A stretch of 63,142 nt of DNA, filler included, from 13 parts of 13 records of this genome joined end to end with filler, not necessarily neighbours in it, one strand, 5' to 3'. Counted from the first letter of the whole stretch, positions 38,253 to 48,394 are shown. A program made the numbers and translations. The notes: generated from the sequence alone by a model not told the origin.

Positions 38253-38500
38253 NNNNNNNNNNNNNNNNNNNNNNNNNNNNNNNNNNNNNNNNNNNNTTAA
38301 TTAATTAANNNNNNNNNNNNNNNNNNNNNNNNNNNNNNNNNNNNNNNNNNNNCACACACACATACACACATACACACACACTGCGCAACATCACACGTAC
38401 AACGCGTGATGGAGAGTGGACTTCGTTCCGCACAACCTCACGCCCAGCACACAGAAATATCACAAAGAAAAAAACGAACAGATGCGCATTGCGCACGGAC

Positions 38501-39422
38501 CTGCAGCCGCGACGCATGCCCTTTCAAGCAGTCAAACGTATTCCACACGGTCCTCTCGTTGCGGCATTTGAGGCAGATCGTGATGGCCTTGGGGAAGTCC
38601 TGGTTCGCAATCGCATGGTCCAGCTGCTGCAGATGCTCCAGGATGTTCTTGATGTGCTCCATCAAATTCAGTACCTCCTACAAGAGGACGCACAAGGGGA
38701 GTGTCAGTCAGGATAGATGCAGAGCCCGTGGGGAGACGAGCAAGTGTCTCGAACGGTATTAGGAACTACGCAGGCACGCGCACGCGCACATACACAACAC
38801 GTGCAAGGAGAGAAGCCGAAGATGTGCGAATAAATGCTCACACCACACACTCCTCGCGTACCATGTACATCATTTTCTTGCGATACGAACGCAAAACCTC
38901 GAGACCGTTCGACGTCAGCGCGTCCGAGGACCGAGCGAGCAGTCTGCGCCCATTCGAGCAGATAATAGCGGTAGAGGTGAGGTCCTGTTCGAAATCGTAG
39001 ACCAACTTCATGCCCGCAACTAGAAGAAGATGTCAAGATATGGACATAGAAGAGATCATGTTGGAATGGCATACTGAACTGCTTGTGGTTTCCTTGCACT
39101 TTCGCCGACAATCTCGCACTAAGAACACGCTTGACCGCATCACCTATCTCTTTCGCTTTCAGAAAAAATTCTGGATCGTTGAAATTTGTGAGAGTTGACA
39201 GGATCATTCGTTTGGCGTCACACTACACTACAAGTGAGACACAGACACAAATGAAAGACAGCAATGCCGCACCTCTCCGTAGAATTCCATCGGAATAAGA
39301 TGTAGTAACTCAGGTTCAGTCATTTTCGACAGAGTTGTCACACCCATCCATTTCTGAATCATGGTAGACCCCGCTGATGACGGAGTAGAAGTGGGACCTG
39401 CCCCACCGGAAGTCGACGCCAT
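38501..39422 (-). CDS. VPS50: VPS50/syndetin-like (EARP/GARP Vps54_N-type) protein (3' partial)
   Basis: Spliced: EFYGE^CDAKRMIL..LSAKVQGNHKQF^IAGMKLVYDFEQDLTSTAIICSNGRRLL..^..DFPKAITIC. Confidence 0.75.
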
Positions 39423-39834
39423 TTATACTACTGCAACATACATCAAGCGGAAAACAGACCGCGGATAACTTCACGAAATGTATTCTCCGCAGTGAACGCT
39501 GATCGTATTAATGTAAAATCAGCCGTGACAGTCAGACGGTGCCTGACAGAGTAGTAAACAAGTCGTCTTCAGCCATTTCTTGCATTCATTCACTTGAGCA
39601 TTCATTGGCATGAATCGATACATCGACGTATCTCTTCCGATGAGTAGCAATAGGAACACAATGTAGTGGCCATCCAAAACGTCCACACAGCTTCCATCGC
39701 GGGAAGAAACACACTTTACCATCGCTTCACACTAAACCACTTAGTATGACTTGCATAAATAGCCCAGTCCTATACACAACCTAATTACATTAACAGAAAA
39801 TCCTTTGCTGTCTCAATTGCGAGACAGCGTCCAT

Positions 39835-40886
39835 TTAAACGGCAGGTACATCTGCGTCAGGCTGACACAGAAACCCGTGCAAAACAGCGCTCGTGGGAAA
39901 GAGGCGGGCCGCCGTCTGCAAGAACCTCTCCACCGCCGCCCGACATTCTTCGAGCACACTTGGTGCAAAGCGTCCTACACACGAATATCAGTCGAAGCAC
40001 ACCCACACATACATGCATATACTGTGGTATGTGTATGCACACGCGAGCATTATGTAACCGCAAACGTACCAAAGAAACGAAGCCGAGGCAGCTCGGGCAG
40101 TTCTGACAGAGCGGAGGATTGCGACCACTCTTCGTGCAGGCGCTCACGCAACACACGAAACTCCTCCAGACGCCTCCGTGCTGAGAACACACCCTACAGC
40201 ACACGTATCAGCGATCCGAGCGCGGGAAGACAGCGTGAAAGGCGCGAAAAAGGACCCCAAAACGAAGATTCAAAACGCCCATACGATCATATCATCATCA
40301 CGCAGTCGTGTATACAGCCATTCAACAACACAGTGCGCGTTTCTGTGCGTGACCGTACCATCGCACCGCTGTTCATGGGGGAGTCCATGGATACCTTACC
40401 GGGAGGGCGCGTCACAATCTGCACGAGCAAACCACACGCACCTCCAGTCAGAAACTGAAAAAAAGCGATGCAGCGTGAAAACACGATGTTATCCCCGCGA
40501 GCCACACACAGACACACGCGCACACGAGCACATACAGGTTTGTGAATCGTGTAGCAGACGGTACTGGATACACAGAACTCGAGGTGGTCGAACGGCAGTG
40601 CAGGGACCCGCTTTGGTTCGGTGACTATGATTTGGGGCTACAGCAACAACGATAAGCAAAGCGCCCGCCTCTTCGTAATAGGTAGAGTACACCGATCATC
40701 AGATAAAAGTATGTGAACAACAAACGGACCAAGCATGGGCGGTGTGTATGCGTACCTTACTCAGCAGCCGCAGAACGTGCACCCCGCCGCTGACATCCCC
40801 GCACACGACCAGCCCGGCCCCGCTATTGATCGCCCCCGCCACAATGCGCGTGTCGCAGCAGAACGCGGCCACACAGTGACAGCTGT
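39835..40886 (-). CDS. WD40-repeat protein with C-terminal PX-like domain (5' partial, 4 introns)
   Basis: CVAAFCCDTRIVAGAI..LVVCGDVSGGVHVLRL^PQIIVTEPK..^..^ARRRLEEFRVLRERL..LPELPRLRFF^GRFAPSVLEECRAAVERFL..VLHGFL..*; not visible in the ORF track. Confidence 0.7.
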
Positions 40887-40986
40887 NNNNNNNNNNNNNN
40901 NNNNNNNNNNNNNNNNNNNNNNNNNNNNNNTTAATTAATTAANNNNNNNNNNNNNNNNNNNNNNNNNNNNNNNNNNNNNNNNNNNN

Positions 40987-41645
40987 ACAGATGACTTCAC
41001 TCACTCAGCTGCATCTGAGCCGTATGTAATCCCCTGTTGATTATTTTATCCATGTTTATCCGTTCGTTGTGGCTTGTCTCGCTGTTTGTCTTTCGCTCGC
41101 TCTCGTTCTGTTCTGTCTGAGCCTTGAAGTATCCGCACAGTTGTTGTTTGCGTCTCTGCGATTTATCTGCTTTGTTCATAGAAAGCAAGGTTGGTGATGC
41201 GGGTGCTCAAGCCCTTGCCACAGCACTGCGATCTATGGCGGCTATGACTCTAATGGACCTGCGATGTATGTCGTCCGCCCTTCGTATCGGTGCTGCTCTA
41301 CTGCTTGATCTGTATTGTGTGCCTCACGTTGTTGTTGGGATATGTGCAGTTTCCCATCACGCATGTTTCTGTTAAAGCTCTATTTTACTCAGTGACTAGT
41401 TGCTATGCTTTGTGCGCACAAGGTGCCTGTGCTCCGTCTTGTGTGTGCCTTTTAAGACTGACCACACCCATCATTATGAATATACTGTTCCGTGTTAGCT
41501 TTAACGTTTCTATTTTGATTGCTCACTGTGAGGCCGCGGTGATGTTTTTCATGCAGCGAACATGATCTCTGACGCAGTGAAGACTGAGATTAAAGAGGCG
41601 GGTCCAGCACCGCGTATGTATTGTAACTCCGTGTACCTGCTGTAA
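40987..41645 (+). CDS. RNI-like (NLR-type) leucine-rich-repeat gene, 3' end
   Basis: MTSLTQLHLS^QSKVGDAGAQALATALRSMAAMTLMDLR^SNMISDAVK..; middle exon 41182-41265 is 84 nt. Confidence 0.78.
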
Positions 41646-42833
41646 GTACTGCGGATGGCGTTAGTTTCAGAGTCATCATAGGATAGGCATCTGTTGATAT
41701 AATATATGGACTCTGCAAGTGTGACCGTGCTACGAATCCGGGTCCCTTGGTTTGGTTGTTTGCTTGTGGGCTAGGGGTGACGGATCTTTGTATGTCCGTA
41801 TGCGGGAGTACAGGTGTATAATCCCGACCATACTGAAAGTAGAGCGGTAGACAATGAGTTTAGAACAGGGCTACACATTGAGGAAACGACAACTCGCATA
41901 ACACTGCGACGGGTATGACGGGGTCGTTGCGGTTGGGGTGCATAACTTTTTCGAAACGAACGTTCCTTATACGCAGTGTTCCACACATCACCACCCAAGC
42001 AGCGGGCACACGTCGGTTCCTCGTGCTTCCGGTTGTTAGGATGGGCCTCTCACCGTGGGTAAACCGAGTGCTTCATATAGCCTCACAGCACTAAAGGGCG
42101 GTGTAGCTGCGCTGTTGTCACTGACAACAAATCTGTCGAAGAGTCCTGCATGATTGTCGAAAACTATGGTCATGAGTGGAAGCAACCCAACGCATACACG
42201 CAGCGGAAACGTATTCGAATCTAATCAGTTACGACGAATCCAACGCCGACCGGGTGCATTATCTTTTGAAAAGGGATCGCATGAATCATCACTGCGCGGT
42301 GACTTCGCCGATATTGGAGCGGTCTCTGACAAAGTGCCCAAGCGTGTTGGGAGATACTTGTCCGGTGCCTAATGGAAGTAGGGAGCGAACTATAGCGGAC
42401 ATTGATGTAGATGAACTGAGGAACATAACAACCTGCCAATACGGGGAACCGTACATGACGAGCTAGGCATGCAGTCTAGGCGGACACCGAAAAAAAGAAC
42501 TCGAGTGCACGTAGCGACCATGTGGGCATGCTATATGCGTAGGGTATCGGGTTACTAACCCTAAAAAGCTAATTTGCTGGAAAGAAGAACCAGTGCCTGA
42601 GAACGAGGTGCAGTGCGCGAGTAACACCACCAATCTGACAGCATCGGCAGGCTCCGGCCACCGCGAGTTCTGTTACCATTCCGCAGCTACGATAAGAAAC
42701 ACAAGTGCAAGGTAGGTGTTTTAGCACCACAAAAACGTTCGGTCAACTTGCAATCGGCGTGTATTACAGCGTTCACGAGACTATTGCATTGTCGGCCACC
42801 GTATTATGGTTTCATTGCATGTGGGGTTTACAG

Positions 42834-43605
42834 CACAGGTTAGAGTCTGAGCGCACCATCGTATGTCCACCCTCTGCCTTCTGTCATATGCGTTCGCTGG
42901 TATACCTGGGGGAACTGTTCGAGCTGCATACGTTGCGGCTTTATCAACCTTAGCACGAATCGTAGTGGCAACAAGGAAATGCAACTCGGTAAAGCCGCGG
43001 GTGTTACGGTATCTGGCGCGTTTTGTGTTTTCACGAACGCACACAGGGTAATGACGATGATTTTGCACCATCATTGTTTCATGGATATGTGGTCGTACAC
43101 CACACTCGCTACATGCAGCAACTTGTCCGTCAGATATGCGTTTGTGTCGTGATCCGAGGTTTATGGACACTAATGTCTGTCGTGTCTGTGGTGTACAGGC
43201 GTAACTGCGCCACACTGTTTCGAATTGGAGACGAGTGTTCGTCGTACTTAACAGCAGAGAGGCACGGGCATGTTTGTCAAACAATAAACGACGTATGCCG
43301 GAGCCTGCCTGCTTTCCAATGGACTTGTCTTGTTACATGAGCAATCAAAAGACTTGCAAATTACATTACGGTAGGGACGAGAGGATGTACATGGGAATTG
43401 AACAGGAGGAGAAGTTCGATGTAACCGTCAAAATGAAGACTCGACGCAACGTGACCCTAACCCACACGCACCCTGGTAACAACTTCGCTTCACACACGAA
43501 ACTGATATTGCGGAAGTACGTACCGCGAATCCGGCAGAAACCGCTTAGCCAAGTAGCCGAAAAGCCTTTCGACGCCATGTACTACCCTAACTTGTACTTG
43601 TATGG
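42834..43605 (+). mobile_element. Possible decayed Helitron/Helentron RepHel N-terminal region
   Basis: ERTIVCPPSAFCHMRSL (42849-42899) and QKPLSQVAEKPFDAMYYPNLYLYG (43535-43605) resemble two Helitron motifs, in the expected order, in broken frames. Confidence 0.4.
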
Positions 43606-44057
43606 NNNNNNNNNNNNNNNNNNNNNNNNNNNNNNNNNNNNNNNNNNNNTTAATTAATTAANNNNNNNNNNNNNNNNNNNNNNNNNNNNNNNNNNNNNNN
43701 NNNNNATTTAGAGGCTATTCTTAATTATTTGCGGTAATTCTTTATTCATTCCTCGGTTATTACGTCATATTCAGAGCAATCCTGGTATTAGTGTCACCAA
43801 TTTCATCTGGCGATAATCCTGAAATGTTATGAATAGTTCGAGCAAACTGCTTTTACCTGCTGCGGGTTAGTGCTAGTATGAAAAAGTGAGTCCTGTCCCG
43901 CTTCCTTCCTAATTGTAATTTTTCGTAATAATGCGATGAAAACCTGCAAAGAGTGGCTTATAGTTAAGCTAACAAACGAGAGGGCAAGTCCAGGTCAGTA
44001 AGTTTTTTCCATCCCGAAAGGTGTCCGTTAGTTCAACCGCTAAGAAGGGGACGCGTT

Positions 44058-44432
44058 ATGGATGAATACTCACCCAAAAGACATGATATCGCACAGCTTA
44101 AGTTTCTCTGTGAAACCCTGTATCATGACTGCCTTGCAAACCTTGAAGAAAGCAATCATGGCTGGGTAAACGACCCAACCTCGGCGATCAACCTCCAGTT
44201 GAATGAACTGATTGAGCATATTGCGACCTTCGCACTTAATTACAAAATTAAGTATAATGAAGACAATAAGCTCATTGAGCAGATCGACGAATATCTGGAT
44301 GACACCTTTATGTTGTTCAGTAGTTATGGTATTAATATGCAGGATCTTCAGAAATGGCGGAAGTCAGGTAATCGACTATTCCGTTGTTTTGTCAATGCGA
44401 CGAAAGAGAATCCTGCGAGTTTATCTTGTTAG
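44058..44432 (+). CDS. tomB: Hha toxicity modulator TomB
   Basis: 124 aa, [14 protein letters not shown]. Confidence 0.97.
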
Positions 44433-44457
44433 AATTATTACAACCATAGGTAGAAGT

Positions 44458-44676
44458 ATGTCCGAAAAATTTTTAACGAAAACCGATTATTTAATGCGTT
44501 TACGTCGTTGCCAGACAATTGACACGCTGGAGCGTGTTATCGAGAAAAATAAATACGAATTATCAGATAATGAACTGGCGGTATTTTACTCAGCCGCAGA
44601 TCACCGCCTCGCCGAATTGACCATGAATAAACTGTACGACAAGATCCCTTCCTCAGTATGGAAATTTATTCGCTAA
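44458..44676 (+). CDS. hha: Hemolysin expression modulator Hha
   Basis: 72 aa, [22 protein letters not shown]. Confidence 0.97.
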
Positions 44677-44847
44677 TAAATAATTCGCTTTCGGAGCTAT
44701 AACCGGCTGTTTATTAAGAATTTTATACTTTTTCGCCATGAAGACATACCCTATGTGATCTTTATCACACAGATGTAATGGGAACGTTCTCTTCACTGAC
44801 TTTTCGTCTTACTGTGTTGCCGCATTTTCAGCAACCGGAGGTCAGTA

Positions 44848-45399
44848 ATGAGCACAGAAAAAGAAAAGATGATTGCTGGTGAGTTGTATCGCTCGGCAGA
44901 TGAGACGTTATCTCGCGATCGCCTGCGCGCTCGTCAGCTTATTCACCGATACAATCATTCCCTGGCGGAAGAGCACACATTACGCCAGCAAATTCTCGCT
45001 GATCTATTCGGTCAGGTGACAGAGGCTTATATTGAGCCAACGTTTCGCTGTGACTATGGCTATAACATTTTTCTCGGTAATAATTTTTTCGCCAACTTCG
45101 ATTGCGTGATGCTTGATGTCTGCCCTATTCGCATCGGTGATAACTGTATGTTGGCACCAGGCGTTCATATCTACACGGCAACACATCCCATCGACCCTGT
45201 AGCACGTAATAGCGGTGCTGAACTGGGGAAACCCGTCACCATCGGTAATAACGTCTGGATTGGCGGACGCGCGGTCATTAACCCTGGTGTGACCATTGGT
45301 GATAACGTCGTGGTAGCCTCAGGTGCAGTTGTCACAAAAGATGTCCCGGACAACGTTGTCGTGGGCGGTAATCCAGCCAGAATAATTAAAAAATTGTAA
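44848..45399 (+). CDS. maa: Maltose O-acetyltransferase
   Basis: 183 aa; CDYGYNI and hexapeptide repeats. Confidence 0.97.
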
Positions 45400-45514
45400 T
45401 CGGTTTTTCGCAACTGTTATGCAAAATTGTGGTAGATCTGTTACTTCCCCTCTACTATTCCCACGTTAAAATAGGGTGTTCCCTGGAAAGTTGCAGATAC
45501 CACGAAGGCAAACG

Positions 45515-45985
45515 ATGACCGAAATACAACGCCTGCTGACCGAAACGATTGAGTCTCTGAATACCCGCGAAAAACGCGACAACAAACCCCGCTTTAGTAT
45601 CAGTTTTATCCGTAAACATCCGGGGCTGTTTATCGGTATGTACGTTGCTTTTTTTGCCACCCTGGCGGTGATGTTGCAGTCCGAAACGCTGTCAGGCTCT
45701 GTCTGGCTACTGGTTGTATTATTTATCCTGCTTAATGGTTTCTTCTTTTTCGATGTCTACCCACGCTACCGCTATGAAGATATCGACGTGCTGGATTTCC
45801 GCGTTTGCTATAACGGCGAATGGTACAACACGCGCTTTGTACCTGCCGCGCTGGTTGAAGCCATCTTGAACTCTCCGCGTGTCGCGGATGTTCATAAGGA
45901 ACAACTGCAAAAAATGATCGTCCGTAAAGGTGAACTGTCTTTTTACGATATTTTTACCCTCGCTCGCGCCGAATCAACATCTTAA
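45515..45985 (+). CDS. ylaC: Inner membrane protein YlaC
   Basis: 156 aa from MTEIQRLL; two TM segments; synteny. Confidence 0.92.
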
Positions 45986-46142
45986 GTTAGGGTTACATAC
46001 CAGGCGTAAAGCTCTGCGCCTGGTCAAATGACAATGATCGTTTCCACCCATCACTTCATGAAATACCAGCTCTACCTCCTTATCTCCAGCCAGCCTTTTT
46101 CCACAATCAGATATACTTTCCCTACACTGTGTTAATAAGGAT

Positions 46143-47699
46143 ATGCTGGTGAGAACACGACATCTGGTCGGCCTTATTTCGGGAGTACTGATTCTTTCAG
46201 TATTGCTGCCTGTCGGCTTAAGCATCTGGCTGGCCCATCAGCAGGTAGAAACATCGTTTATTGAAGAGCTGGATACCTATTCCTCCCGCGTCGCTATTCG
46301 AGCCAATAAGGTGGCGACACAAGGGAAAGATGCGCTGCAGGAGCTGGAAAGATGGCAAGGCGCTGCCTGTAGCGAAGCCCATCTCATGGAAATGCGTCGG
46401 GTATCTTACAGTTATCGCTATATTCAGGAAGTGGCTTATATCGATAACAACGTTCCCCAGTGTTCGTCTCTGGAGCATGAAAGTCCGCCCGATACCTTCC
46501 CCGAGCCAGGTAAAATTTCGAAAGATGGTTATCGTGTCTGGTTAACATCGCATAACGATTTAGGCATTATCCGTTACATGGTCGCCATGGGAACGGCACA
46601 TTATGTCGTCATGATCGACCCCGCTTCCTTTATTGATGTCATTCCCTATAGCTCATGGCAAATTGATGCCGCCATTATTGGCAATGCCCATAACGTTGTC
46701 ATAACCAGCAGCGATGAAATTGCTCAGGGAATTATTACCAGGCTACAAAAAACACCCGGTGAGCATATCGAAAATAATGGAATCATTTACGATATCCTGC
46801 CCTTACCGGAGATGAATATTTCGATCATCACATGGGCTTCAACGAAAATGTTGCAGAAAGGCTGGCATCGGCAAGTCTTTATTTGGTTACCGCTCGGGTT
46901 GGTGATTGGCCTGCTGGCAGCGATGTTTGTGCTGCGTATTTTGCGCCGTATTCAGTCACCGCATCATCGGCTGCAGGATGCTATCGAAAATCGTGATATT
47001 TGCGTGCACTATCAGCCGATTGTCTCCTTAGCCAATGGCAAAATTGTCGGTGCTGAGGCACTGGCGCGCTGGCCGCAGACAGACGGTAGTTGGTTGTCAC
47101 CAGATAGTTTTATTCCGCTGGCACAGCAAACGGGCCTTTCTGAGCCATTGACGCTACTGATTATAAGAAGCGTCTTTGAAGATATGGGCGACTGGCTGCG
47201 TCAGCATCCACAGCAGCATATTTCGATCAATCTTGAATCCCCCGTGCTCACCTCGGAAAAAATCCCGCAATTGCTGCGTGACATGATCAATCACTATCAG
47301 GTTAATCCCAGACAGATCGCGCTTGAACTCACTGAACGCGAGTTTGCCGATCCGAAAACCAGCGCCCCGATAATTTCTCGCTACCGGGAGGCGGGCCATG
47401 AAATTTATCTTGATGATTTTGGTACGGGGTATTCAAGTTTAAGTTATTTACAGGATCTGGATGTCGACATTCTGAAGATCGATAAATCTTTCGTTGATGC
47501 GCTGGAATATAAAAATGTCACGCCGCATATCATCGAAATGGCAAAAACACTGAAACTGAAAATGGTAGCGGAGGGAATCGAAACCAGTAAACAAGAAGAG
47601 TGGTTACGCCAGCATGGCGTGCACTACGGTCAGGGCTGGCTCTACAGCAAGGCATTACCGAAAGAAGATTTCTTACGCTGGGCCGAGCAACATTTGTGA
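46143..47699 (+). CDS. pdeB: CSS-EAL c-di-GMP phosphodiesterase PdeB (YlaB)
   Basis: CSS motif, EAL, DDFGTGYSSL. Confidence 0.95.
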   Translation: MLVRTRHLVGLISGVLILSVLLPVGLSIWLAHQQVETSFIEELDTYSSRVAIRANKVATQGKDALQELERWQGAACSEAHLMEMRRVSYSYRYIQEVAYIDNNVPQCSSLEHESPPDTFPEPGKISKDGYRVWLTSHNDLGIIRYMVAMGTAHYVVMIDPASFIDVIPYSSWQIDAAIIGNAHNVVITSSDEIAQGIITRLQKTPGEHIENNGIIYDILPLPEMNISIITWASTKMLQKGWHRQVFIWLPLGLVIGLLAAMFVLRILRRIQSPHHRLQDAIENRDICVHYQPIVSLANGKIVGAEALARWPQTDGSWLSPDSFIPLAQQTGLSEPLTLLIIRSVFEDMGDWLRQHPQQHISINLESPVLTSEKIPQLLRDMINHYQVNPRQIALELTEREFADPKTSAPIISRYREAGHEIYLDDFGTGYSSLSYLQDLDVDILKIDKSFVDALEYKNVTPHIIEMAKTLKLKMVAEGIETSKQEEWLRQHGVHYGQGWLYSKALPKEDFLRWAEQHL

Positions 47700-47740
47700 A
47701 TTTTTGGGCTGACGGCACGCCGCACAGCCCGTCACGCTAC

Positions 47741-48094
47741 CTATTCGTCGATGATTGACTCGAATCCGCCATAGATCATTCGCTTGCCGTCAAACGGCAT
47801 GGACTCGCCGAACTCTTTCATCCGTGGGTCCGACATCATCTTTTGATTAGCAGCGTCGCGGACCTCTTTTGAAGGGTATTCAATCCAGCTAAAGACAACC
47901 TCTTCATTCTCTTCCGCTTTCACCGCCATACGAAAATCGGTCACTTTGCCATCCGGTACATCGCTGGCCCAGCATTCGACAATACGAAGCGCGCCAAACT
48001 CTTTAAACAATGGCGCAGCCTTAGCGGCCATTTCCCGATAGGCATCCTTTTTATCGGCAGGAACGGCAACCACAAAACCATCAACATACTTCAT
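47741..48094 (-). CDS. ybaA: DUF1428 protein YbaA
   Basis: 117 aa; YVDGFVVAVP, PFDGKRMIYGGF. Confidence 0.94.
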   Translation of the reverse strand: MKYVDGFVVAVPADKKDAYREMAAKAAPLFKEFGALRIVECWASDVPDGKVTDFRMAVKAEENEEVVFSWIEYPSKEVRDAANQKMMSDPRMKEFGESMPFDGKRMIYGGFESIIDE

Positions 48095-48204
48095 CAGACA
48101 TACCTCCGAAGCGTACTGCGCAGCCAGACAATTCTTGCGACGTCAGTTGTGGTTAAAGTTTAGCCATGTTGGGATTTTTTGACGAAACGGTGGGAGGCAG
48201 AAAT

Positions 48205-48318
48205 GGGTGGGGGCCCTGCCAGCTACATCCCGGCACACGCGTCATCTGCCTTGGCTGCTTCCTTCCGGACCTGACCTGGTAAACAGAGTAGCGTTGCGGG
48301 AGAACCAACAGAGCCCCC
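48205..48318 (-). ncRNA. ffs: 4.5S SRP RNA
   Basis: 114 nt GGGGGCTCTGTTGG...CAGGTCCGGAAGGAAGCAG...CCCCCACCC with helix-8 GGAA loop. Confidence 0.98.
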
Positions 48319-48394
48319 ATTGAGAGCGTTGAGAACCAACGCGCAGGCGCATTATCACTGCTGCCCCGGCTAATTGCAACCCATCGCGTGCCAG

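Noticed and set aside
23607-41645. Alternative genetic code in the eukaryote
   Set aside because: In-frame stops vanish once GT-AG introns are removed; TAG (ankyrin, Rab) and TAA (ZNF706, WD40-PX) end proteins at sensible C-termini; conserved Trp uses TGG. TGA as a stop was not observed, so it is untested
23507-43705. Eukaryote-to-E. coli horizontal transfer or genomic island
   Set aside because: Every junction is an artificial linker; no integrase, att site or contiguous sequence; the genes have spliceosomal introns
44058-44676. tomB-hha as a new toxin-antitoxin or defence system
   Set aside because: Already characterised E. coli core locus
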